This document shows, piece after piece, positions 27,113-39,887 of a stretch of DNA of 64,000 nucleotides; positions within the stretch are counted from its first letter, which is position 1, and the number at the start of each line of letters is the position of its first letter. A model generated the notes under the pieces. It saw nothing but the letters and a program-made list of their open reading frames with translations. It was not told where the DNA came from and did not search any database. Location of the stretch: the NCBI GenBank assembly GCA_016748015.1, contig JAAOMT010000664.1, positions 256,715-320,714 on the forward strand, in the 5' to 3' direction. The stretch is from Geosiphon pyriformis uo1. Lineage: Eukaryota > Fungi > Glomeromycota. The position numbers and the translations under genes are program-made.

Positions 27113-30100
27113 TTAGATTTGTCTCATTTATGACAATCCGTCAGCATTTTCATTGTTTTTTTCTTTTTTATAATGTACCGCATAATTGAATAGTGAAAGT
27201 TCTATTTTCCATCTGGCATGACAATTGTCTCCAAATTTTTGTTTTTGAATTGAAGTCAATCCTTTGTGATCAGTGTACATCTCAAACTTTTGACTCAAGT
27301 ATTTTTTTTACTTAATAACAGCTCAATAGATAGCTAAGTGTTCTAGTGCTGGAGTTCTATAGTTCTTTTCAGCTGGACTTAAGCTTCTACTGGCATAAGC
27401 TACTGGATGCTTTTTTCCATTGGGTTTTTTTTGCAATAGTACTGCTCCCAATGCTTGACCTGATATATTGGTAATAATGATGAATGGTTTGGTGTGATCT
27501 GGATACATCAACACTGGAGCTTGAATAAGCTTTTTTCTTAGTGTGTCAAATGCTTCTTGTTGAGCTTTTGTCTATTTATACTTCACATTCTTGGTTTGTA
27601 AATAATGGAGTGGCTGAGCCAGTTTAGAAAAGTTTTTGATAAAGTGGCAATAGTACTCTGCAAATCCCAAGAATGCTCTTAATTCTGTGAGATTGTTTGG
27701 TACTGGAAAGTTTTTGACAACTTCAATCTTGTTTGGATCTGTTTTGATGTTATCTTTGCTTACAATATGTCTCAAGAATTTTAGTTCTGTTTTTTCAAAG
27801 AAGCATTTGTTGGCATTTAGTTTCAATCCTGCCTGTCTGAGTTTTTCAAATACTTGTTGGAGATGATGAAGATGATCATTGAATGTTTTTGAGAACACAT
27901 TTGTGTTATCTAAGTAAACAACTATGGATTTCTACAGTAGTCTAGTATAGATAATTTTTATGAGCCATTGAAATGTTGCTGAAGCATTCATTAAGCCAAA
28001 TGGCATGACTTCAAATTTAAAATTTTCTTCTCTTGTGGTAAATGCTGTTTTCTCTTTGTCAGCTGGATCTATGGCTACTTGCCAGTAACCACTATCTAAA
28101 TCCAGTATTGAAAACCATTTATTTTCTCCAAAAGTGTTGAATAGTTCTTGGATCTTTGGAGTTGGGTAGCTGTCTTCTTTGATTACTCTATTCAGTTTCT
28201 GGTAATTTACACAAAAGCGGATTTTTCCATTTTTCTTTTGGACTAGTACCACTGGTGATGACCATGGATTCATTGATGGCTGAATTAGCCCATTGTCAAG
28301 CATCTAATTGATTTTTTGATAAATGATCTCATGACTAGCTAGTGGTACTTTGTATGCTCTTTGTTTAATTGGCATTGCATTTCCAGTTTTAATTTGCCAA
28401 ATTCATTTTCACTAGCAAAAATGTTATTAAAATTGCTGAGTAATATTTTTAGTTGTATCTGTTAGAGTGGGTCTAGATTTTTCATGTTTATTTGTTCCAA
28501 TTATTCTGGTTGGAGCAGATAATATTCATTTTGTCTATAGATAGTTTGTAATGTGATGTCCACATATCCACAAAGCTGTGAAAAATCTGAAATGTGGTTT
28601 GGTGGTTGATTCTCAATTTTGGTGGTTAAATATCCAATGATGGTTCCTTTTGGTATTTCAATAACACTTCTTGTTGTGTTGTAGATGGAAATTTTGATAT
28701 TTTTGGGGCTTTTGGCTGATATATAGAGATTAGTGAGTCCAATCTCTTCTGATTCACAAATAGTGGCTTCTGTTTCAAACAACTAAGCTTGATTCTTTAC
28801 TTCTCTTTTTATGGCTAACATATACTGGTCATATGGTGGAATGGAGATTGATTGACAGGTTGAGATAATTTCTCTTTTGTTAGCAATTTCTTCTTCTGTT
28901 ATATTGACTGGTATATCTATTCTACCCATTGATCCGAATCCTTATATCTCTCTTGTTGTTACCTCTAGTTCTTTCCTGTTTCTTATTGAGACTAATTGAG
29001 CTATTTTTATCAGAGGTAGGAATATTGCCTGTGCTATCTTTTCATTTAGGTCTATAATATATGCTTTTTTTGAGTTATTTTATAGCATAGCAATAATATT
29101 TTCTATGTATTCTGTATCAATTATTCCTCCTCTGATGTTGATTCTCTTTTTTGCTAAACTACTCCTAGATGCTAGCTGAACCATAGTGGTCATTGGAATT
29201 TCCAGTGCTATTTTAAGATCAATACAGGTGTGTGAATGTGATTCCAATTTGATGAGATTTTTTCCTGAATATCTCAGATCAAACTCTGCATCAGTATTAT
29301 GTACATGTTTTGGCATGATACCTTTATTATTGTCACTATATCATTTGAGTTCCTGTTTCTTGGAAAGATCAGGAAGCACAATATATATTTCGGGGTTTGA
29401 ATTGGAGTTCGAATTGTTAATATTTTCATTGTCAATTTGAATGGAGCTGGAACCATTATTTTCATTGTCATTATTGTCGGAGTTTGAATTGGGATTGAAA
29501 GTTGGTTCCAATTCTAATGCGTAGCTGCTGATTGGTTTTTCCTCTTCTGGGATCATGTAGATCATGCGAATTGGTGGATTGTAAATAAGATCATGTTTAT
29601 TACAATATTAAAAGTCACATAAAATTAAACAGTGGTCATATAATTGAGTGTTGATTTCTTCCAAGCATTGCTTTTGCTCTTCTCTTGTAAGTGCTAGCTC
29701 TTAGTAGTGTTTGTAGAATTATTCCAAATCCAAAAGATTTATGACTGGTTCTGGGTTTCAGTCAAGTTCTATGGGTTTAGATGGGTTGTTTTTAATCATC
29801 CTTATTTCTTCTGGTGATATTCCTTCAATTTTGGCGAGAGCCATTTGCCAAATTTTGTCGTTATTGTGTGGACAGCTGTTCAAACGTTTGACTGCTCATC
29901 TCCAGGCAGTGTCTATGGGTGTTCTCTTCCATACCCAGTCACTTATGAGAATCATGTACTAACATGATTCGTCACAGGTTTCTCCTCTCCCAGGAATGTT
30001 ATTCCATATTCTTTTGTCAAGGAGAGTTTTACCACAAGCTAGACAAGGTTCATTGTCCCATTTTCCAACTTGTTTTGGTCTTCCAAAGCATTTAAGAATA

Positions 30101-33100
30101 CATGGGTGACAATAAAATTTGGTTGCTGAAGTATACTCCTTATCATCACCACAGCAAATGCCCATTAACAACAATTTCTTGCTGCAATTAACACATATTA
30201 ATTTAGGTCAGCAATAGGTAAACTGTTGTGGTGGGGCATAAGTGGTTAGAATATAAGTGTTGTTGGCTTGGGTGGTGTCTTTTTCTTTTCCTTTCTCTTT
30301 GTCTCTTCTTTTATCTTCTTTCCACTCCCAATTTAATGTTAGTTCATTGTTATTATTGTCAGTTTCCCAGGTGAATTCTTCCCTTTGTTTTCTTTTTTTT
30401 GGCTTGTTCTACAATAGTATTGGTGGCAGCTCATTGTGGTCTGCTTCAGCTTATAATACTTAATAGGCTTCTCAGGTAGGTTTTTTCTCTTCTTCCTTGA
30501 ACTCAATGAGTAGTGTTGTCAAGTTGGTGATCTTGAAGTGGCCACACATGGCTGGTACATGTATGTGTCATCTATTCTGGCTAATTTGAAGCTCCTGTGT
30601 ATTCCAATCAAGCAATGCATTGGTTTTAGATAGCCAATCATTACCAATGAATGTTTGATATTGGGTGACTTTTATGACTAATACTTTGATTGGCATGATA
30701 ATGCTATTAACTTCTATAGAAAAGTCATCAATCTTGCCAATGGAAGTTTTCGTTGCTCTATTAGTAGTTATGATTCTGGCGCTGATAGCATAATCAATTT
30801 GGTAACCTAATTGGTTTATGAGTTGTTTTATAATGATGCTGCCAGCTGATCTACTGTCTAGGATCAGTTTGATGGAGTGGCTATTAATTTTGGCATCAGT
30901 GTACATGGCAGTAATAAGTTTTTCTTCCAGAGCGGCTTCACTAAATAACGGCGTGGTCAACAGTTCATCGAATTCAAATGGAAAGATGGTGTCCAGTGAT
31001 TTGTTCTCAGTAATGGTAGCTGGGGAAATATTGCTGGCAAGTGTTGTTTGTTGTTTGGTTTCCGAATTATCAAATTGGGCATCTTCTGGTGTAACCAAGA
31101 GACTTAAATAGTTCTGGGAATTCGGGTTTTGGGCATACTTGGTGCCTGAATTCTATTGTCAAGATTCTGATAGTTGTGTAGAAGAACTGGGGATTAGTTG
31201 GTGGACTACCATCAACAATCTCCAGCTTTGTTGGGTCAATCTCGGCCTTTGGATTCCATTTTGAGGTAAGTTTTGTAGTGGTGTTTGAATTTGTTGGGGC
31301 TGATAGATTACCTGAGGCTGTGACTGATAAATGGGTTGTGGCTACAGCTAATAAATTGCTGGTGTTGTTGGTTGATAAATTGGTGTTTAATATACTGGTG
31401 GTTGATAAAAGGGCTACTGCATCATAGGTAAGTAATTTTGATGATATGGCTCTGAGTTTGGTGGATTATTCGGAATTTGCAACCAGCGATTGGAGTTTCA
31501 ATATTGATTTTCTGATCATTGGTTATTTAAGCAATGACAGCAATTGATTTGTAGGTGTTCTTGTTTATCACAATAGTGACAAACACGCATTTCCTGTTGT
31601 TACTGTTGATTAGTTGATAATGATGGATGCGACTAATTCTGGAAATAATTTGCGTTTCTGGAATTATTGCATTATTGTGGTGGTTGATAAATTGCATGAT
31701 TGTTAGCTAAGTATTCCTCTAATTTCTGATTGATAGAATCACTAAATTGTTTCAATTTGGAATCCAATTCAGATAATTTATTTATTACTATATTAACGGC
31801 TTAAGCATGGTTGGCTTCTAATTCAGCAGCTTCAAAATCTCTGGCGTTTGTGATAGCTGCTTGCAGATTGACAGGATGTATTGAATGTATGCATTGTAGG
31901 ATGCTGCTGCATAATCTGCGAATAAACTGATTTAGAATCTGGGCCACTGTAAAGTAATTGGCATTGATGGTTTGGATTTGGTACAGATTCCTGTGAAAGC
32001 ATCCCAACTAAGTAGTAACTGCTTTATTTTTTCCTTGTTTAATAGTAATGAAGGTGTTTGCTAGTCTGTTAATACTGTTATTGTTGCTGAAGTATCTTAA
32101 GAACTCAATTTTAAATATATTAAAATCTTGGGATTTGTTGACTAGGCTTTGATATCATAAATTGGCAGTATCCTGGAGAAAATATGGGATGGCTTGCATG
32201 GCTTTGGTGTCATTCCATCCATTAGCCGCTATGGCTTTTTCTATGTTGTTAAGCCATACTTGGGTGTCATCCTCTTTGCCAGTAAATTTCTCGAGTTTTG
32301 CTATTAGAACATAGGCCATTGGATCTAAGTTTGGTTGTTGAAGTTGTTATTGTGGCTGTAGAAGTGGTTGCTGTGGTAGTTGAGGTGATTGAAGTGGCTG
32401 TTGTTACTGTTCGTTGATTGGTGGAGCTGGGGGTGGATTGATTATGATTACTGAAAGTAAGTGTTATTGATTATTAATGTTGGGGTTTCGATTGTTCTGA
32501 TTGTGCTGTGTTTTAAAATTCAGAGTTTTAATTTCCAGATTTTCTAAATTTAGATTTTGCTAAGTCTGAAAGTTTGGGGTTCCAATGTCCGGGTTTTCTG
32601 GGATCAGATTCTGGTAAGTAAATTCTTGATCTTCAGATTTTTCTTTTTCCTGTTTCTCTTCTGATTCTGTTAATTCTCAGGGACTCGTGGTTCTGAAATC
32701 TGGCTGCAGTAGTGGTGATTGAAATTCTGCTGGCATCAGCAATCACGATTTAAATGCTTCAAAGTAATCACCATATGGTCCTAATAGCTCTGCTTTTTGT
32801 TGTTTATTTTGAAATGGGAAGCGTCTAAAGGTTGATGTCATGTTTAATGTAAACATGTTTGTTTATAAGATGTTGATGACACTTCCAGGCATATAATGAT
32901 ATGATGGATTGGTGGGTAATTCAACTCGGGTTTTCTTTCAATTAGGTGGTTGTATTTGTTTTGGTATTACTGCTGGGGTTTATAATCTTTCTTTGTCTTT
33001 ATTTGCATAAGTGATGGGGAATTGTTGTTGTGTATATCTTTCAATGGTTTGATTAATTTCCCTAATAATTGGTGCAAAACTGTAGTTTCTTGATAAGCTG

Positions 33101-33315
33101 GTATGTTGAAATAATTCTGTATAGAAGTTTTCTCTTGCTGATTCAATGTTAACTGTTCTTTTTAAGCAATCTGTGATTTTATCGTTGACATAAAAGTTAA
33201 AGGCTGATTCTGCTGGAAAATGATTATTGTTCAATCCTAGTTGTTGACTGTACTGTTGAAATAAGGATTTGGTAAATCCTAAATAGTTTGTCCCTATAAT
33301 TTCTGATTCTGCCAC
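27113..33315 (-). pseudogene. C Gag-PR-Cys domain-dUTPase-RT-RNase H polyprotein (decayed)
   Basis: ORF fragments at 32980, 31801, 30568 (LILDSRSA), 29959, 29080 (dUTPase), 27932 and 27572 (RT), and 27323 (RH). Confidence 0.9.
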
Positions 33316-33377
33316 TTTTGGATGATTGTTAATGGTACTGGTTCTCTGTAGGATTATATCTCACAAGAAGCACCAAA

Positions 33378-34287
33378 TGTTACAAGTGATTATTTGGTGT
33401 CTCAAATCAAATAACAAACCTGTAACTTGGTGCTCAGTATCTACTCTGATAAATGATGGTGGTAATATTGGTACATTGTCTCTATCTGAAGGCTTTAATT
33501 GAAAGTTTTTTGTATAATGAACAGAGATTTAATGACGATATAGTTGGTTGATGAGTTGTGTTTTCAATTTCTGTTTTTAGCTTGATGACTGGTTTATTCT
33601 GGCAGTTGTGCTCTTTTGGTAAGCTATCTATTAATATATATATAATTTTACCCTTATTTCTGGGTCTTTTATTAGGCTATCTATGACGTTAATTACTTAG
33701 TACTTTAATCCTTAATCCATTAGTATACAACAATAAAATCAAAAAAAAGAAAAGAAAATAAGAAATGAGCCAAGGCAATATGCAAGTTAGTATCTGTCAA
33801 TAGCTGTAATCAAGAGCTATTGTTCTAGTGTGGCTAAGTATCAATTGCTATTAACATAGAGTGTTGATAGTGGAGAGTAGATTGAAATGGTAAATAATTA
33901 TTTATTAATATTTGTGAATAGAAAGTCACTTTAGATGAAATCTAAACTGAGAGGTCTCTAATAGAAGGGTTCTGTCTTTTTTCTACTTCTAACACTACTG
34001 TTATATATACATAATTGATGTTCTATGAAATTGCTCACATTTTTGAGTGATGTGCTATGATTTCTTAAGCAATGCTTTCATTACTGAGCAATATGCTCTA
34101 ATTTTCTAATATCACTTCACATTGCTAAGCAATATGTTATGTTTTCTGTCATTGCTCTACATTGCTGAGCAATGTGCTGTGATTTCTGTCATTGCTCTAT
34201 ATTGCTGAACAATGTGCTCATGTGCTACATACTATTCGCTTATTGGTCTACTATTTTCTTATATCTGTTTTCTTTTTATGAATAACA
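33378..34287 (-). repeat. 5' LTR of C
   Basis: TGTTATTCATAA...TGTAACA followed by the PBS. Confidence 0.92.
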
Positions 34288-34291
34288 CCAA

Positions 34292-36087
34292 TTAATATGG
34301 CAGAGGAAGAAGTTATTCATAAGAGAGAAATTATTTCCATCTGTCAATCAATTTCCATTCTACCATATAACCAGTACATATTAGCCATAAAAAAAAGAGT
34401 AAAGGATCAAGCTTAAATTTTTGAAGCAAAAACTACCAATTGTGAATTAGGAAAAATTGGACTTACCAATTTTTATATGCCAACCAAAAGCCTGAAACAT
34501 ATTAAAATTTCTATTTACAACACAACAGGAGATATTATTGAGATACCAAAAGGAATTCTCATCAGATATTTAAGCACTAAAGTTGAAAAACAACCACCAA
34601 ATCCTATTTTAATTGTGTGAATATATGGACATTACATTACAAACAATATATAGACAAAAAAAATGTCTATTTGCTTCAACCAAAACAATTGGAACAAATG
34701 AACTTGGGAAATCTAGACTCATTACAACATATGCAACTTAAGATGTTATTTAACAACTTTAACAACATTTTTGCCAATGAAAACAAATTTGGCAAAACCA
34801 ACATTATTCAGCATCAGATTAAAACTGAAGATATTATGCCAATAAAGCAAAAAACATATCAAATACCACCAGCCAGCCATGAAATTATTCAACAAAAGAT
34901 CAACAGAATGTTGGACAATAAGTTAATTCAATCATTAATGAGTTTGTGGTCTTCACCAGTTGTATTAGTTTGGAAAAAGAATGGGAAAATTTGGTTTTGT
35001 GTGGATTACTGAAAGCTTAATGGAGTAACAAAAGGAGATAGCTACCTAATTCCAAAGATCCAAGAACTTTTTAATGCTTTTAGAAGAAAAAAATAGTTCT
35101 TAATATTAGACTTAAACAATAGTTACTAACAAGTAGCCATGAAACCAAAAGATAAAAAGAAAACAGCTTTTACAACCTGAGAAAGAAATTTCAAATTTGA
35201 AGTTATGCCTTTTGGTTTAATAAATGCTCCAGTCACATTTTAATGGTTCATAAAAATTGTCTATACTAAACTATTATAGAAATCAGTAGTTGTTTACTTA
35301 GATAATATTAATATGTTTTAATGATCATTTACACTATTTCCAACAAGTATTTGAAAGGCTAAAAAGAATCAAATTAAAATTAAATGCCACTAAATGTTTC
35401 TTTGGCAAAACAGAATTAAAATTTTTGGAATATATTATAAGCAAAGATGGAATCAAAACAGACCCAGACAAAATTGAGATAGTTAAAAACTTTTCAGTAC
35501 TCATTAACTTGACCAAACTATGAGTATTTTTGGAATTTGCAGATTATTACCACTACTTTATCAAAGATTTTTTCAAACTGGCTCAGCCATTATACCAGCT
35601 CTAAACAAAGAACACCAAATATAAATGGATAAAAAACCAGCAAGAAGCTTTTGATACATTAAAAAGAAAGCTTATTTAAGCTTTAGTACTGATCTATCCA
35701 GATTATAGCAAACCATTCATGATCACAACTAATGTGTTAGGTCAAAAATTAGGAGCTGTATTATCTCAGAAAAAACCAGATAAAAGAAAACACCCAATAG
35801 CATATGCTAGTTGCAGCTTAAGTCCAGCTAAAAAAAACTATGGAACTCTAGCACTAGAATACTTAGCAATCTATTGAACAGTTATGAAATAGAAAAAATA
35901 CTTAAGCCAGAAATTTGACATATATACTGATCACAAAAAATTGACATCAATCCAGAAGCAAGAATTTGGAGATGATCCTCATGCTAAATAAAAAATAGAA
36001 CTTTCACTATTTAATTATATAGTACATTACAAAAAGGAAAAAAAAAATGGAAATGCTAATAGTTTGTTATAAATAAGACAAATTTAA
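34292..36087 (+). pseudogene. A pol continuation: beta-rich linker, RT, RNase H (ends ..RQI*)
   Basis: WSSPVVLV..KNGKIWFCVDY, MPFGL, YLDN and AYAS..AKKNY motifs; resumes exactly after C's TSD. Confidence 0.88.
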
Positions 36088-36117
36088 AAACATTTCAACC
36101 CAAAAATATAACAAAAG

Positions 36118-37432
36118 ATGAATATACAAAAATATCAACAATTTTAACACTATATTAATATTCAGTAGTTTAAAGAAAAATTATCTCCAAAGAAACAAAA
36201 CAACATAAAACAACAATCCAAATATTTTATCACATACCAAAATATATTATATCAGAAAAATAGAAAGAATTCAGATCAACTATTCAGAGTAATCACAGAA
36301 TCAGAAAAAAAAACAGTACTATACAACATGTATTCAGATCTAACAGCAGGACATTTTCATAAAGAAGCAATCATAAAAAAAACTAGAAAAAAGAGAAGAA
36401 ACAAAACCTAGTGAGCCATTAAGACCAATCAAAGTGGGACAACCATTTGAGTGCATTGGAATAGACTTAGTCAGACTATTAACTATAACCAGCAAAGGAA
36501 ACAGATATATTGTAGTAGCTATGAATTATCTTACTAAATAGCCAAAAGCAAAAGCCATTCAAAGAGCAGATGCAAAATTTATTGCCGAATTTGTTTATCA
36601 AGATTTGATTTGTCAATATGGATGTCCAAAAAAATTACTTTCCAACCAAGAAACTTACTTTGTGAATAGAACATTAACATAATTAAGCCAAAGATTTAGA
36701 ATAAAAAGACCATTATCATTACTATATCATTCACAAACCAATAGCTTAGTTGAAAGATTTAATAAAACATTGTGTGAAGCAATTGCCAAAATCAACCAAG
36801 AAAATCAAGACAAATAAGATTTGTTTATACTATTAGTATTATTTGCTTATCAGACAATAAAGCAAAACACTACACAAGCAACACCATTTAAGTTAATATA
36901 TGGTAAAACAGCAACATTACTAGTGGAGATAAAAGTCAACATGTATCCAACTGAATTAATAACAAAAGACAATTTTCAAGAAACATTGTTAAAAAAAACA
37001 TATGACTTAATAGAAACACTAGAAAACAAATGGTGAAGAACAGCTAATAATATTCAAAAGTCACAAAAAAAACAAAAAAAAAAACATGATAACCAACTAC
37101 TGGATAAACCAGTTGAATTCAGGATTGAAAACAAAGTATTTTTACATTGTACCAAAGCAGAAAAACAATGGAGTAGAAAATTTGACCCCAAATAGGATGG
37201 ACTATTTTACATAAAAGAAATTCAAAGAAATGAAGCTTATAAATTGAGATGAGACAACAAAATCTTAGCCAAAGCAGCATATAGTGATCGACTAAAACCA
37301 TATCACCATATAGTATTATTATCTACCAATAATATTCCACAACTAGAAGTACAATAAATACTAGTCCAACCAAATAAAACCTCACAAGATCTAGAACCAA
37401 TCATAACCATTGAACCAAATACATTAAAGTAA
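36118..37432 (+). pseudogene. A integrase, separate ORF (internal deletion near 36390 removes the CxxC of the HHCC finger)
   Basis: ATG AAT ATA CAA lies 30 nt after the RH stop; homologous to the C and D integrases. Confidence 0.85.
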
Positions 37433-37486
37433 ACAATCAAAGAAGTATATAAAAGACATAATCTATGCAACAAAGCAACAAAAAAA

Positions 37487-38122
37487 ATGGAAATACCAGA
37501 TTATATTTACATCTTAGCTCAACAATTGTTTCAAGCCTTAAGTCAACAGCAATTAGACATAGAAATTGTCATTAACCACCAAACAATCTGTTATTAAAAC
37601 AACAAACAAAAAGAAAAAAATACACCATACTAGTGACCACAGAAACAATCAATAAACTGGTCAGATAAAATAGTAGAGAAAGTAAAAAACACTTTTGGGA
37701 AAATATTCATCATGATTTCAACAAAAGAATTTTCAAAAGAAAATTGGAAACAATAGACAAAACAACTTCCAATACTATACTGCTACTATTAGTTGGAACA
37801 AAAGTTAAACATTCAGAAATTATATTTTAATAAAGCCAAAAAGATATTCAATCAAGAAATAATACAGAATATTGAAAATATTATTAGGAAGAAAGCAAAT
37901 CTAACACTGTACATTAAAACAATCTATTGACTACACATAATATTTCAAAATTACCCAGAAATATTGTTACACTTCAACATGAAGACAATCACCATTAACC
38001 AATGGAGAAGAATAAACAATGCACAAATCAAAGATATAAGAAACAAAATTAAACAAACAGTATTAAAAAAAGAAGTATTAGACTTAATTCAAAGTAAAAA
38101 TTTTAACAGAGCTCAATATTAA
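37487..38122 (+). pseudogene. A accessory ORF3 (MEIPDYIYILAQQLF..., 212 codons)
   Basis: Colinear with ORF3 of C; ends ..RAQY* at the PPT. Confidence 0.8.
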
Positions 38123-38975
38123 AAAGGAGAAGATAATGTTACTTATAAAAAAAATATATAAAAAAAATAGTAAAAAAAACAGATAGACCAATAGGAGAGT
38201 AGTAGTTAACATGTAAGCATATTGTTTAGCAATGTAAAACAATGTCAGAAATTATGGTATATTGCTCAGCAATATAAAGCAATATTAGAAAATTAGGGTA
38301 TATTACTTAACAATATGAGCATTGTTTAAGAAATTATAGCACATTATTCAAAAATGTAAAGTAATCTCATAGAACCTAAATTATGTATATATAGTAAGAA
38401 CATTAGAAGCAGAAAAGACAAATTCATTACTAATATCTCTTCATTACCATATCTCTAGTAAAATTATCAATATTAATAAATAATTATTTACTATCTCAAT
38501 CAATCTTCCCACTATTAACACTTTATGTTGATAGTATCAAATACTTAATTATGTTGAAACAATAACTCTTGATTATGGCTATTGATGGAATACTAATTTT
38601 AATTGCCTTGACTTATTTTTTTTATTTTTTTTATTTCTTTTTTTATTTCTATTTTTTCTTTATTGTTGTATACTAATTGATTAAAAGATTAAGCACTGAG
38701 TTACTGACATCAGGATATAGCACTAGTAAAAGACCCAAGAATAAGGATAAACACTCAGATTTGAGGATAGCTTACCAAAAGATTGCCAGCCACCATGCCA
38801 AGAAAAAAATTGACAGAATTGCAATTTTGAGAAGTGACAGACAACAAATATCTTAACCTGTGAGTTGACACTTAAAACAACACAAAAAGAAAACCATACT
38901 TAAATCTCTGTCTATTATACAAAAAACTCCAACCAAAGCCTTCAGATATTAACAACAAGATCAGTCATTAAACAC

Positions 38976-39828
38976 TGTTACTCATAGAAATATAGAGAAT
39001 ATAGATTAGCATAGTTATTAACCAATCAGAAGTAGACGTAGTAAAATATGGAATTCCAGGATTCCTCTCAGAAATTGCAGGATTCCAGAAATTACAGAAT
39101 TTTCACAAGAAATTACAGAATTCCAGAATTCCAGAATTCCTCTCAAAAGAATTGCAGGATTTCTGTTGTGAAGAATTGAGGAATTGAGAAATCTCAATTA
39201 TGTATATATAGCAGTAGAATTAGAAGCTAAAAAGACAAACCTCTCAGTTTAGATTTCATCTAAACAACTTTCCAAACCACAAATAAATAACTGTTTGTTA
39301 TCTCAAATCTGCTGCCACTATCAACATGAAGTGTTGATAGTAATTGATACTTAACTACACTAAAACAATAGCTCTTAATCATGGCTATTGACGAAATACT
39401 AACTTGCAAATTGCCTTGGCTTATTTCTTTTCTTTCTTTATTTTCTTTTCTTTTTTTTATTTCTTGCTTTAATTTTATTGTTGTTTACTAACTCTATTAA
39501 GAATTAACACATAGGGTACTAACGTCAGAATAAACATGACTGGTAAAAGACCCAGAAATAAGGGTAGAACATTCAATTGAGGATAGCTTACCAGAAGGAA
39601 TACCGGCCATCAAACTGAGAAAAAAATTGACAAAACTGCAGTTTTAGGAAGCTATAGATAAAACTATTATCATTGAATCTTTGTCCATTATACAAAAAAC
39701 TCAACCAACCCTTCAGATACAAACCTGTCAGACACAAACCTTCAGATCACTATTGACTGCAACTAGATTTGAGCACCAAGTTACAGGTTTGTTATCTAAT
39801 CCAACACCAGAAATAATCACCTGTAATA
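38976..39828 (+). repeat. 5' LTR of D
   Basis: Same length as, and colinear with, 48292-49144. Confidence 0.95.
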
Positions 39829-39887
39829 TTTGGTGCTCCCTGTGAGATATAATCCTACAGAGAACCAGCATCAACACAAATCTAAAA

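Larger units (their letters stand above)
23698..34287 (-). mobile_element. Ty3/Gypsy LTR retrotransposon C (same family as A and D), inserted just after A's dUTPase
   Basis: 5' LTR 34287-33378; 3' LTR 24966-23698 (contains an assembly gap). TSD CCAG/CCAA. PBS TGGTGCTTCTTGTGAG from 33375; PPT at 24967-24980. Confidence 0.93.

Noticed and set aside
37487-38122. ORF3 as an envelope gene
   Set aside because: Short and hydrophilic, with no visible signal peptide or transmembrane anchor.
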